From: an uncultured Bacillota bacterium
GTDB lineage: Bacteria; Bacillota_I; Bacilli_A; RFN20; CAG-288
Length of the DNA stretch: 64,000 nt
Reading direction: 5' to 3'
NCBI GenBank assembly: GCA_949284445.1
Contig: CASDVP010000007.1
Location: 19,107-83,106 of the forward strand
A program made the position numbers and the translations under genes. The notes below the pieces were generated by a model. That model was not told where the DNA came from and did no database searches. It was given only the letters and a program-made list of their open reading frames with translations. Every line of letters starts with the position of its first letter. Within the stretch, counting starts at the first letter, position 1. This document shows positions 37,448-46,372 of this stretch, in pieces.

Positions 37448-39985
37448 ATGGCAAGTTTAAAGCTCGAACACATTTACAAGGTGTATCCTAACGGAACAAA
37501 AGCAGTCAACGATGTCTCACTCGATATCAAAAATGGTGAATTCATCGTTTTTGTCGGTCCATCAGGTTGTGGTAAATCGACAACTTTAAGAATGATTGCT
37601 GGCCTAGAAGAGATCACGGCTGGTGAATTATATATCGATAACCAGATCGTCAATGATGTCGAACCCAAGGATAGAGATATCGCTATGGTTTTCCAAAACT
37701 ACGCCTTATATCCTCATATGACCGTCTATGAAAATATGGCTTTTGGTTTAAAGCTGAGACATGTTCCTGATGATGTGATTCAAGAAAAAGTTTTATGGGC
37801 TAGTGATATCTTAGGAATCAAAGAATATCTAGATCGTAAGCCTCGTGCGATGTCTGGTGGTCAAAGGCAGCGTGTAGCTTTAGGAAGAGCTATATTAAGG
37901 GATCCTAAAGTCATGCTTTTAGATGAGCCTTTATCTAACCTTGATGCTAAGTTGAGAACTCAGATGAGAACTGAGATTGCCAAACTGCATCAGAAGTTGA
38001 AGACGACTTTCATCTATGTCACTCATGATCAAGTCGAAGCTATGACGTTAGGAGATCGAGTCGTCGTCATGAAAGCCGGTCGCATTCAACAGGTTGATAC
38101 TCCTAAGAATTTATATGATTACCCTTCTAATATCTTTGTCGCTGGATTCATCGGAACACCTCAGATGAATTTCTTTGACTGCACATTGCTTAAAGAAGAC
38201 GAAAATATCATCATCAAATTTGAAAATGAAAATGTGCGATTAAAAGTTTCTTATAATCAATTGATAAAAGTCAATCCGGATTACTTAGATGGAAAGCATC
38301 CGATCATCTTAGGTATCAGATGCGAGCACGTGCATCTGACAGATAAAGCTGATTCCTTAGCTATCAAAGTCAAGATTTCAAGATTTGAAGAATTGGGATC
38401 TGAAGCACTGATCTATGCTAAGCTTAGCGACGATGATGATTCAATAGTTTCAGAAAAAGGACAGATGATCATCAAAACAGATAGGATCGATGATCTCAAA
38501 GCCGATGATGTCGCCTATGTGAGATTCGATTTATCACACACTTATTTCTTTGATAAAGAGACGGAAGAAACTATTACTCCAAGACTTCCAAAAGAAAATG
38601 TTTTCGATGTTAAATTATCAGAAAAAGAACTTGAATTATTAAATATCCGCTTACCTCTTCCAGAGGTTTTACAAGGTAAAAATGCTTCTGATGCTAAGCT
38701 TATAATTCCTGTGGATGCTTTTAGAATAGATGAAAAAGGAACTGATGTCAAAGTTGTTGATAAAGAAGTTCTAAACGGAATTAAACTATATCATCTATGC
38801 CTTAATAATCGTGTCTTTTTCGCTGTTTTAGATGAGGATTTAGAGATTGGAAAAGAGGCAAAGTTATCTTTTGATTATTCTGAGATAACTGTTAAAAAAG
38901 ATGATGAAGTAATAATAGAGCCTCTTAAAGAATATGATGAATATAAAGCTGCTTTTTATAATTACCAAACCGTTATTTCTAAAGGAGATTTTTCTGAATT
39001 TACCCAGCTTAGAGATGATAAGATCAAAGCAGCTACTCAGTATATGGACGCTCAGATCTTATTAGAAAATAATGAGTATGAAAAACAGAGATTAGCTCTC
39101 AGTGAACTGACTGAAGAAGAGAAAGCTGACTCGAATAAACAATTGCAAGAATTTATATCTAAAAATAAAGCTGAAATCAAAAAGATCAAAGCTGAGAATA
39201 AAAAAGGAGCTAAAGAACTCAAACTTAAATTTAATGTGTTAAAGAAAAAGCTTAAAGCTGATAATGATCGATTATTCGATCAGAAGAAAGAGCTTGAGAT
39301 CAAAGAATATAATGAATTCAAACAGAATAATAAAGACGTAGATGCTCTCAAGCGACGTAAGGATGAATATCATATCTTCAAAGATAATTTGCAGACTGAA
39401 AAAGAAAACACTTTGAATTTAGCTATCAATGGAGCGACGATGGATTATGAATCTAAACTTTCTTCTTTGAATGCTTCTTCAAGAAGAAAGATCACTCTTT
39501 TAAAGAAAGAGATCACTGAAAAGAAGAAAGAATATGCTCGTCAGATAAACGGTGAAAAAGTTTTATCTAAAGAACATCAAAAACGCTTGAAAGTTTTGGA
39601 AACCAAACGAAAAGAAGCTATCGAAAGAGCGTCATTAGTCTTCTTCTTTAAGATCGAAAATGAGTGCTATTCTTTATTGACTGATATCATCTCTAATAAA
39701 TTGATACAAGGCTTAGGGACAAGAGTGTTCAGCAAAGAATTTAAGGTCGAAGTTCCTCATGATGCTTATAAGCTGACTCATTCATCAAATTCGATAAAAG
39801 GGACTGTGATTGATAATTTAAACTTTGAATCAGCTTTATTTGCCAAGATCAAATTAAATTCACTCGATAAATATATCTATATGAAAGTAGACAAACCTTT
39901 AGAGATCAACAAAGAAGTATCTCTTGAAATCGATGTTTCTAAAGCTATGATCACTGAAACTGGCATGAATATCAGGTTGTATTAG
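37448..39985 (+). CDS. Sugar ABC-transporter ATPase (MalK/MsmK-like). It carries a C-terminal extension of about 475 aa: a Lys/Glu-rich coiled coil followed by a second MOP/TOBE-like domain.
   Basis: N-terminal 370 aa: Walker A GPSGCGKST, signature LSGGQRQRVALGRA, Walker B LLDEPLSNLD and a TOBE domain. Residues 500-700 are low-complexity K/E repeats. The C-terminus is EFKVEVPHDAYKLTHSSNSIKGTVID... Confidence 0.85.
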   Translation: MASLKLEHIYKVYPNGTKAVNDVSLDIKNGEFIVFVGPSGCGKSTTLRMIAGLEEITAGELYIDNQIVNDVEPKDRDIAMVFQNYALYPHMTVYENMAFGLKLRHVPDDVIQEKVLWASDILGIKEYLDRKPRAMSGGQRQRVALGRAILRDPKVMLLDEPLSNLDAKLRTQMRTEIAKLHQKLKTTFIYVTHDQVEAMTLGDRVVVMKAGRIQQVDTPKNLYDYPSNIFVAGFIGTPQMNFFDCTLLKEDENIIIKFENENVRLKVSYNQLIKVNPDYLDGKHPIILGIRCEHVHLTDKADSLAIKVKISRFEELGSEALIYAKLSDDDDSIVSEKGQMIIKTDRIDDLKADDVAYVRFDLSHTYFFDKETEETITPRLPKENVFDVKLSEKELELLNIRLPLPEVLQGKNASDAKLIIPVDAFRIDEKGTDVKVVDKEVLNGIKLYHLCLNNRVFFAVLDEDLEIGKEAKLSFDYSEITVKKDDEVIIEPLKEYDEYKAAFYNYQTVISKGDFSEFTQLRDDKIKAATQYMDAQILLENNEYEKQRLALSELTEEEKADSNKQLQEFISKNKAEIKKIKAENKKGAKELKLKFNVLKKKLKADNDRLFDQKKELEIKEYNEFKQNNKDVDALKRRKDEYHIFKDNLQTEKENTLNLAINGATMDYESKLSSLNASSRRKITLLKKEITEKKKEYARQINGEKVLSKEHQKRLKVLETKRKEAIERASLVFFFKIENECYSLLTDIISNKLIQGLGTRVFSKEFKVEVPHDAYKLTHSSNSIKGTVIDNLNFESALFAKIKLNSLDKYIYMKVDKPLEINKEVSLEIDVSKAMITETGMNIRLY

Positions 39986-39995
39986 AGGCTCAGTT

Positions 39996-40631
39996 ATGAA
40001 AACGAATAAATTATTATTGTTACTCGCTTTGCCTTTTCTCACCTTAGCTTCTTGCTCTGATAGTGGAATCGAAGCTTTAGAAGCTTCAAAAGAAGCTGTT
40101 AAGAATTTGAATGAGGTGACAAGCACTGAGTATTCTCTCAGCGTTGAAGGTAATATTTCGCGCTTTGATAGCTTTGAAGAACCAGAGAATAGTTATAAAG
40201 TTCCTCAAGGCATCTTAGGTGATACTGGGTATTCATATATATTAAGAACTCCGCTTTTGCTCAATGAAGAGACTTATTATCCAAAAGAAGATATTTCGGA
40301 GTCTATAGATACTTCTCAATACGGGTATTTTAAAATCATCAGTCGTCTTTTATGGGATTATGATACTCGCACTTCCTTAAAATTTGAAATGAGAGACGAT
40401 GATTTAGTCTTTTATGTCAAAGGTTTATCTAAGAATTTAGTCTTTTATCACGTTTTAACCGATCCGGACAATTTCCTCTATTCCGAAGTTCAGATCTATG
40501 CCCGTTTTGATATCACTTTAGTTTATAATTCAGAAGGGTTGCTCATCGAAGAAACTATCAAGAGTCAGAATCCTTTAAGCGATAGCAAAGAAAAGACAGT
40601 GAATGTGAAAACAACCTATTCTTATTCTTAA
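39996..40631 (+). CDS. Lipoprotein, hypothetical.
   Basis: Lipobox LTLASCSDS. Confidence 0.6.
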   Translation: MKTNKLLLLLALPFLTLASCSDSGIEALEASKEAVKNLNEVTSTEYSLSVEGNISRFDSFEEPENSYKVPQGILGDTGYSYILRTPLLLNEETYYPKEDISESIDTSQYGYFKIISRLLWDYDTRTSLKFEMRDDDLVFYVKGLSKNLVFYHVLTDPDNFLYSEVQIYARFDITLVYNSEGLLIEETIKSQNPLSDSKEKTVNVKTTYSYS

Positions 40632-40633
40632 AT

Positions 40634-41422
40634 ATGAAGAAAACTTATCTATTAGTCAGTTTATTTTTACTTTTATCTTCTTGTAACAATGATATCCGAC
40701 AAGATATCTCCGATTTTTTGAGCGGATGCAGCTTAGAAAAAGCTAAAGGATTCACTAAAACCATCTCTTTGAATTATTCATCTATTTTAGAGACGAGAAA
40801 AGAACAAGAAGAGTTAGGAAAGAGCGATATTTTATTCGTCGCTGATTTGACTAGCACTGAAGATTACTTTTCCTATGTTAAAGAAACCTTTTCAGGAGAA
40901 AACCATCTCTTTGATCAAGATAGTCAGATGTATGTGAATCTGACTGTTGCTGAAACCGAATTTGATGAAAGCAACGATGTTTACACCACTACTGTATATA
41001 AAGAAGGTTATAAAGATCTAAACAATCCTGAAGAGATCAGCATCTATCAAGAGGTGACTGAAACACCTAAAAGCCTCATTCAATCTCGAATCGATAAGAT
41101 TTTTTATTCCTCTAATCAAATAGATGGTGTCTCTGGTGGTCTTTATTATGCTGATTTCTTTATCTCAATAGCTAAATTCGATATGTATATCGATATTAAA
41201 GAAGATAAATTGTTCTATCATCTCGACGATTATCCTTTTAAAAATGATAAAGAAGAAGGACTGGTCAACGAGAAGATAATCATGAACGAAGTCGGCATGC
41301 TTGAATCATTAGAATTGACTAATGATAACTTTACGACTTCAGAAAGAAATAAGACTCTGATAAATGTCGTTTATAATGTTGATATAGATAGAAATCAGTA
41401 TGATTTAAGCGATAAAAAGTAA
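40634..41422 (+). CDS. Lipoprotein, hypothetical.
   Basis: Lipobox LLLSSCNND; starts 3 nt after the previous lipoprotein gene. Confidence 0.6.
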   Translation: MKKTYLLVSLFLLLSSCNNDIRQDISDFLSGCSLEKAKGFTKTISLNYSSILETRKEQEELGKSDILFVADLTSTEDYFSYVKETFSGENHLFDQDSQMYVNLTVAETEFDESNDVYTTTVYKEGYKDLNNPEEISIYQEVTETPKSLIQSRIDKIFYSSNQIDGVSGGLYYADFFISIAKFDMYIDIKEDKLFYHLDDYPFKNDKEEGLVNEKIIMNEVGMLESLELTNDNFTTSERNKTLINVVYNVDIDRNQYDLSDKK

Positions 41423-41450
41423 TCGCTTTTATCATTTCATATTTTATAAA

Positions 41451-41490
41451 TAGGACGTACTTCAGATTATAAAACGTTCCTTTTTTAGTT
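41451..41490 (+). terminator. Rho-independent terminator.
   Basis: AGGACGT...ACGTTCCT stem followed by TTTTTT. Confidence 0.5.
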
Positions 41491-41640
41491 TAAATCCCTT
41501 TAAAAATACTACAGATTGTCAAAAGTGCATTCTTTATATAATTTAATTATTTTTAAGTTGACTGTGCCCAATCATTGATTTAGAATAATCAAGAAAGGGG
41601 TTTCAACGCTTATTCAAACCATGGAAAGGAAATTATTTAC

Positions 41641-42857
41641 ATGAAGAAAAAAGCATTAGGCTTAGTCGCTTTATCGCTAGTATTCGGTATGTCATTTGCT
41701 ACTTCATTGATCTCTTGTACCAAAACTAGTTCGACAGTTGGGGGGGTGGTCAAACTGAAAAGATCTTAGAATCCATCGCAGTCACTAAAGCACCCACCAA
41801 AACCACTTATTTAGAAGGAGAAGAATTCGATAAATCAGGTATGGAAGTCACTGCTACTTACAGTGATGATTCCACTGAAAAGGTTAACAATTATCGCATC
41901 AAAGTCGCACCAGATGGTCCTTTAACTCCGAGTGATACATCCGTTACGCTCACTTATGAAGATAAATCTACTACTCAAGCTATCACTGTCAATGCGATCG
42001 TTTGCACCAAATTAGAGATCACTAAAGATCCTATCAGCACCGTCTTCGCACGTGGTGGCACCTATGACTTCACCGGCTTAGAAGTCACAGCTACTATCGA
42101 ACATCAGGATGAACCTAAAGTATTGAGCACTGATGAATACACCTTAACAGTCGGCGGTAAAACAATCAAAGATGGTGATACTGTTGAATTAGATGGTGCA
42201 GAAGCCTCTTATCCTGTCACTGTCAGTTATAAGAATCAAACTGATACCTTCGATATCAGAGTCATCAACGGTTATAAGATTGAAGGCGAAAATATCCTCT
42301 ATACTGAACCAACCGATGAAGATAATAATTTCGTAAGATTAAAACTATCTGAAGACTCAGGCTATTTAACTGAACCGAGTAAAAATGGTACCATTCGTGC
42401 TGTATCTGGAGTGGCTGATGCTGAATATGCAAGTGGAAAAGCATACTTAGGTGACTTAAAGAATGGTAACGTCATTGAGTTCTATTTCAGAAGTGAAGTT
42501 GCTACTACTGCTGATATTTCTATTTCCGCCGCAAGCGGTTATCTAGTTAAAGATGATGGTAACTGGACTCCTGAAGAAATGGGCGATATGCAGTTTAATA
42601 AAACTGTCACAGTGACACTTAATGGTACTGTAGCTAATGTTCCTGATGATGTCATCCTTGAAGGTGGAACTCCTGAAGATGTCGGTGGTGTCAATGCTAT
42701 GCTTTGGACTAACTGGAAGACAGTTAACTTTGGAACAATGGAAGTTAAAGAAGGACTCAATGTTGTTAAGTTTGTAGTTGCTAGTGAATATACAAATTGC
42801 CACAATGGCAGCTGTGCGTTCAACTTAGACTATTTATCTGTTGATTTTGGAGCTTAA
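41641..42857 (+). pseudogene. Surface lipoprotein gene split by a frame change at a poly-G tract. A 42-codon lipoprotein signal peptide ORF (41641-41769) is followed by a 338-aa ORF (41841..42857) that encodes two Ig-like repeats and a C-terminal beta-sandwich domain. It is either a phase-variable gene or a frameshift pseudogene.
   Basis: The signal peptide MKKKALGLVALSLVFGMSFATSLISC has a lipobox. A G7 run sits at about 41740-41746. Downstream of the tract, in the frame of the 338-aa ORF, the sequence is open back to the tract and encodes ...GGQTEKILESIAVTKAPTKTTYLEGEEFDKSGMEVTATY..., which is a complete Ig-like repeat. One extra G would fuse the two ORFs. The C-terminal domain resembles that of the 1576..2247 lipoprotein. 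Confidence 0.6.
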
Positions 42858-42881
42858 AATTATTTAAAGGAGCTAAAATAC

Positions 42882-45842
42882 ATGAAATTAAAACTCAATA
42901 AACTTACGCCTGGTAGGATAGCTCAACTCATCGGTGCTGGTGTATTATCAATCGCCTTTATAGCTGGCACATGTGTAGCAGCTTATTATGCACCTATGAT
43001 CACCACGTTCTTGTGTGGTACTGGTGTCAGTTTCGAAACTGAAGAATTCAAACAATCTGCTAAATTATCTGATCAACTTTGTCAAGAAGTTGCTGAAGAA
43101 GGTGTTGTTCTTCTTAAAAATAAAGACAATGCTTTACCAATCAATACCGACAAAGTGAATATCTTCGGTTGGAGAGCTACTGATCAAGGCTTCCATCTCT
43201 CTGGTATTGGTAGTGGTGCTTCTACTATCAATGAGAATAAGAAGGTCACTTTGTTAGATGCATTTGAAAAAGAACATATCGACTATAATAGCGAATTGAT
43301 TGATTTCTATAATAGCTATGATTCTTTTAATGGTGGATATGGCACTGGCAATGGTGAACGTATGACCTTCAGAGAGCCATCTCTAAGCGATTATAGTGAT
43401 GAGTTATGGGCAAATGCCATTGACTATTCTGATACTGCAATTGTTGTTCTTTCTAGAGTCTCTGGTGAAAACGTCGACGAAATTCCGATGTATCAGAATA
43501 AAGCTCATCAATCTCGTGATAATGATAGACATTATCTTGAACTCACTACTGAAGAAGAAGCTTTGCTTCAAAATTGTCGTGAGAATTTTGATAAAGTCAT
43601 CGTCTTATTAAACACATCCAATCAAATGGAATTAGGTTTCTTAGACGAATATGATATCGATGCCTGCTTGTTAGTCGGTCTCACTGGTCAATCTGGTGCT
43701 TTAGCTATTCCTCGTATCTTAAAAGGTGATATCAATCCTTCAGGTCGTACAACTGATATTTATCCATATGATTTGACTTCTGATCCGACATTTAATAATT
43801 ATGCTAGAAGTGGAGATCATGTCACCTATGTAGAAGATATCTATTATGGTTATAAATACTATGAGACAAGATATGCTAACGACGAAAATGGTTATAAAGC
43901 TGCTATCCAATTCCCGTTCGGATATGGTTTATCATATACTGATTTTGACTGGAATCTCGATAGTATGACTATCGATGGTGAAGAATATGATGTCTCTGGT
44001 TATAATGATACAAAGCCGATTGAATTAAGCAAAGATACAGAAGTGGAACTTTCTTTCAGCTGTCATAACAGCGGTGCTGTTGATGGTGCTGATGTCATTC
44101 AACTCTATGTCAATGCGCCATACACTAAAGGTGAAATTGAAAAACCAGTCACAAAGTTAGTCGATTTTGCTAAGTCAACCAGTGTTCCTGCTGGTAAATC
44201 TCAAACTGAGATCACTATGTCATTCACCGCATATGATTTAGCTTCTTATGACGCTTATGATGCTAATGATAATGATGCTGCAACTTGGGAATTAGATGCT
44301 GGTGAATATTCTCTTAACTTTATGGATAACTCTCATGAAGCTAAGACGATGACATCAGATGGCAATGGTATCAATTCTTTAAAGTTCGAAGTCAAGAATG
44401 ATATCGTCTATGATACCGATCCGGTAACCGGTAATGAAGTCACCAATCGTTTCACTGGTGCAGATGCAATCGCTGGAGTTCCTATCGATGGAAGTACTGT
44501 TTTCAGTCAACCAGTCGATTATTTATCTAGAGCTGATAATTTTGCTAACTTACCTAAAGCTCAAGGACAGCCTTCTAATTCTAATGAAGTTTCTAAAGCT
44601 AATAATTATAGTAACACCGGTTTTGATCAAACAGAGATGCCTACTCTCGATCAAAATAATGGTCTCTATCTCCACACTCGTAAAGATGGTAGTAAGGCTA
44701 CATTAGAAGAATTAAATGGCAAGAACTTCACTGAAACAGGTCCTCTTGCATATAACGATGAACTCATCAATGAAATCGGTGCTAATTATGATTCTGAAAA
44801 GCTTGATCAACTTGTCGATCAATTAAGTGCCAATGATGCTTGTAAAATAGTTGAGGATTCCGGCTTTGGTTCTCCAGCTGTTGAATCTATCGGTAAAGCT
44901 CGTGCTTATGACTTTGATGGTCCTGCTGGATTCAATAGTAACACCCAGACCGGTGTCACTTCAGGTGAGTGGACTGCTTATCCTAATCAAACGTTAATCG
45001 GTCAAACCTTCTCTAAACGTCTTGCAAAACAGATCGGCTTATCAATGGGTGCTGAAGGAAAAAATACTGATTTACAAGGATGGTATGCTCCTGTTGTCAA
45101 TCTCCATCGTTCACCATTCAATGGTAGAAACTATGAGATGTATTCAGAAGATCCAGTCTTAAGTGGTAAATTAGGTGCTCAGACTATCGATGGTGCTAAG
45201 GCTAATGGTGTCTATTGCTTCCTTAAACACTTTGGTCCGACAGAACCTGGTCAAAACTCTCGTAATCAAAACTCTTGGATGACTGAACAAAACTTACGTG
45301 AAAATTACTTCAAAGCTTTCGAACTTGCTGTCAAAGAAGGTGGATGTAATGCTGTCATGTCTTCATTCAGTTCTTTAGGTGGTGTTTGGACTGGTGCTAA
45401 CAACGGTATCTTCGTTGATATCTTAAGAAATGAATGGGGATTCAGAGGTTGTGTCTTAACTGACTGGTGCGATGGCGGCGGTAACATGAATTGCCACGTT
45501 GGTGTCAGAGGTGGAAATGACATCTGGCTCAATCCTAATGTCGGTAATAACAGGAGTAAATTAGACAGAAGCAATCCTACTGAAGTCTATTGCGCAAAGC
45601 AAGCTGCTAAGAACGTTATCTACACTATTTGTAACACTAGATACTATTCACAAACCTATGATCATTCTCAAGATGAAATGGTCTTCCCGATCGGTGAAGC
45701 AAGTATCAATGTTCCATTTGCTTGGTGGATTCCAACTTTAGCTGCTATTGATGTCGTGATGATCGGTGGTTCTCTTGTCTGGGCTGGTTTCACACTCTTC
45801 TATCATAAAAAAGAGAAAGAAACTGAACAAGAACAGAACTAG
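42882..45842 (+). CDS. Glycoside hydrolase family 3, with a domain-permuted order (alpha/beta sandwich, then Fn3-like, then catalytic barrel) and predicted TM anchors at both termini.
   Basis: N-terminal signal-anchor (IAQLIGAGVLSIAFIAGTCVAAYY). GH3 alpha/beta-domain motif EEGVVLLKNKDNALPI. Catalytic barrel near the C-terminus (KHFGPTEPGQ...; GFRGCVLTDW). C-terminal TM segment (WWIPTLAAIDVVMIGGSLVWAGFTLFY) with a charged tail. 986 aa. Confidence 0.85.
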   Translation: MKLKLNKLTPGRIAQLIGAGVLSIAFIAGTCVAAYYAPMITTFLCGTGVSFETEEFKQSAKLSDQLCQEVAEEGVVLLKNKDNALPINTDKVNIFGWRATDQGFHLSGIGSGASTINENKKVTLLDAFEKEHIDYNSELIDFYNSYDSFNGGYGTGNGERMTFREPSLSDYSDELWANAIDYSDTAIVVLSRVSGENVDEIPMYQNKAHQSRDNDRHYLELTTEEEALLQNCRENFDKVIVLLNTSNQMELGFLDEYDIDACLLVGLTGQSGALAIPRILKGDINPSGRTTDIYPYDLTSDPTFNNYARSGDHVTYVEDIYYGYKYYETRYANDENGYKAAIQFPFGYGLSYTDFDWNLDSMTIDGEEYDVSGYNDTKPIELSKDTEVELSFSCHNSGAVDGADVIQLYVNAPYTKGEIEKPVTKLVDFAKSTSVPAGKSQTEITMSFTAYDLASYDAYDANDNDAATWELDAGEYSLNFMDNSHEAKTMTSDGNGINSLKFEVKNDIVYDTDPVTGNEVTNRFTGADAIAGVPIDGSTVFSQPVDYLSRADNFANLPKAQGQPSNSNEVSKANNYSNTGFDQTEMPTLDQNNGLYLHTRKDGSKATLEELNGKNFTETGPLAYNDELINEIGANYDSEKLDQLVDQLSANDACKIVEDSGFGSPAVESIGKARAYDFDGPAGFNSNTQTGVTSGEWTAYPNQTLIGQTFSKRLAKQIGLSMGAEGKNTDLQGWYAPVVNLHRSPFNGRNYEMYSEDPVLSGKLGAQTIDGAKANGVYCFLKHFGPTEPGQNSRNQNSWMTEQNLRENYFKAFELAVKEGGCNAVMSSFSSLGGVWTGANNGIFVDILRNEWGFRGCVLTDWCDGGGNMNCHVGVRGGNDIWLNPNVGNNRSKLDRSNPTEVYCAKQAAKNVIYTICNTRYYSQTYDHSQDEMVFPIGEASINVPFAWWIPTLAAIDVVMIGGSLVWAGFTLFYHKKEKETEQEQN

Positions 45843-45869
45843 ACATTCATTCGGTTAAAAACAAAGGGG

Positions 45870-45900
45870 TTGGGTGATAAAGCTCAGCCCTTTTTTGGTA
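45870..45900 (+). terminator. Probable rho-independent terminator.
   Basis: GGGTTGGG...CTCAGCCC stem with G-U pairs, followed by TTTTTT. Confidence 0.4.
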
Positions 45901-45918
45901 TAATTTTGTTGAAAACTG

Positions 45919-46359
45919 ATGATTAAAATTCAAGAAATTATTTGCCTTAATAAAGATCTTATCGCTGACTTATTAGCAATTTGGAGAAGATCAGTAAAGA
46001 CTAGTCATACTTTTTTAAGCGATGATGAGATCTCTAGGGTTGAAAAGTATGTACCTGAGGCTATCTCCAGTGTCTCTCACTTGTTAGTAGCTTATGAAAA
46101 TGAAAAAGCTGTCGGTTTTTTAGGGGTTATAGAACAGAAAATAGAGATGCTTTTTATCGATGATAAAGAACAAGATAAAGGCATCGGCTCTTCTCTTGTC
46201 AATCAGGCTATTAAAAGATATGGTGTCGAGAAAGTAGTCGTCAATGAAGAGAATCATAAGGCGCATGCCTTTTATTTAAAATTAGGTTTCAAAGATATAG
46301 AAAGAAAAGAAACAGACGAACAAGGAGGTCCTTATCCGATCATCATTATGAAAAGATGA
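45919..46359 (+). CDS. GNAT family N-acetyltransferase.
   Basis: 146 aa with the Q/RxxGxG/A-like motif QDKGIGSSLVNQAIKRYG. Confidence 0.75.
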   Translation: MIKIQEIICLNKDLIADLLAIWRRSVKTSHTFLSDDEISRVEKYVPEAISSVSHLLVAYENEKAVGFLGVIEQKIEMLFIDDKEQDKGIGSSLVNQAIKRYGVEKVVVNEENHKAHAFYLKLGFKDIERKETDEQGGPYPIIIMKR

Positions 46360-46372
46360 ATGCGAGATAACA

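Noticed and set aside
32003-41844. Apparent 1-nt coordinate disagreements between my manual indexing and the ORF track (for example ATG seen at 32003 against track 32004, and at 41842 against track 41841).
   Set aside because: Most likely these are my counting errors in homopolymer-rich lines rather than real features. I kept the track coordinates and treat homopolymer lengths as approximate.
41841-41850. Met at 41841 as the true start of the Ig-domain protein.
   Set aside because: The frame is open upstream to the poly-G tract and encodes the beginning of the first Ig-like repeat, and no signal peptide follows this Met. The mature protein must begin upstream.
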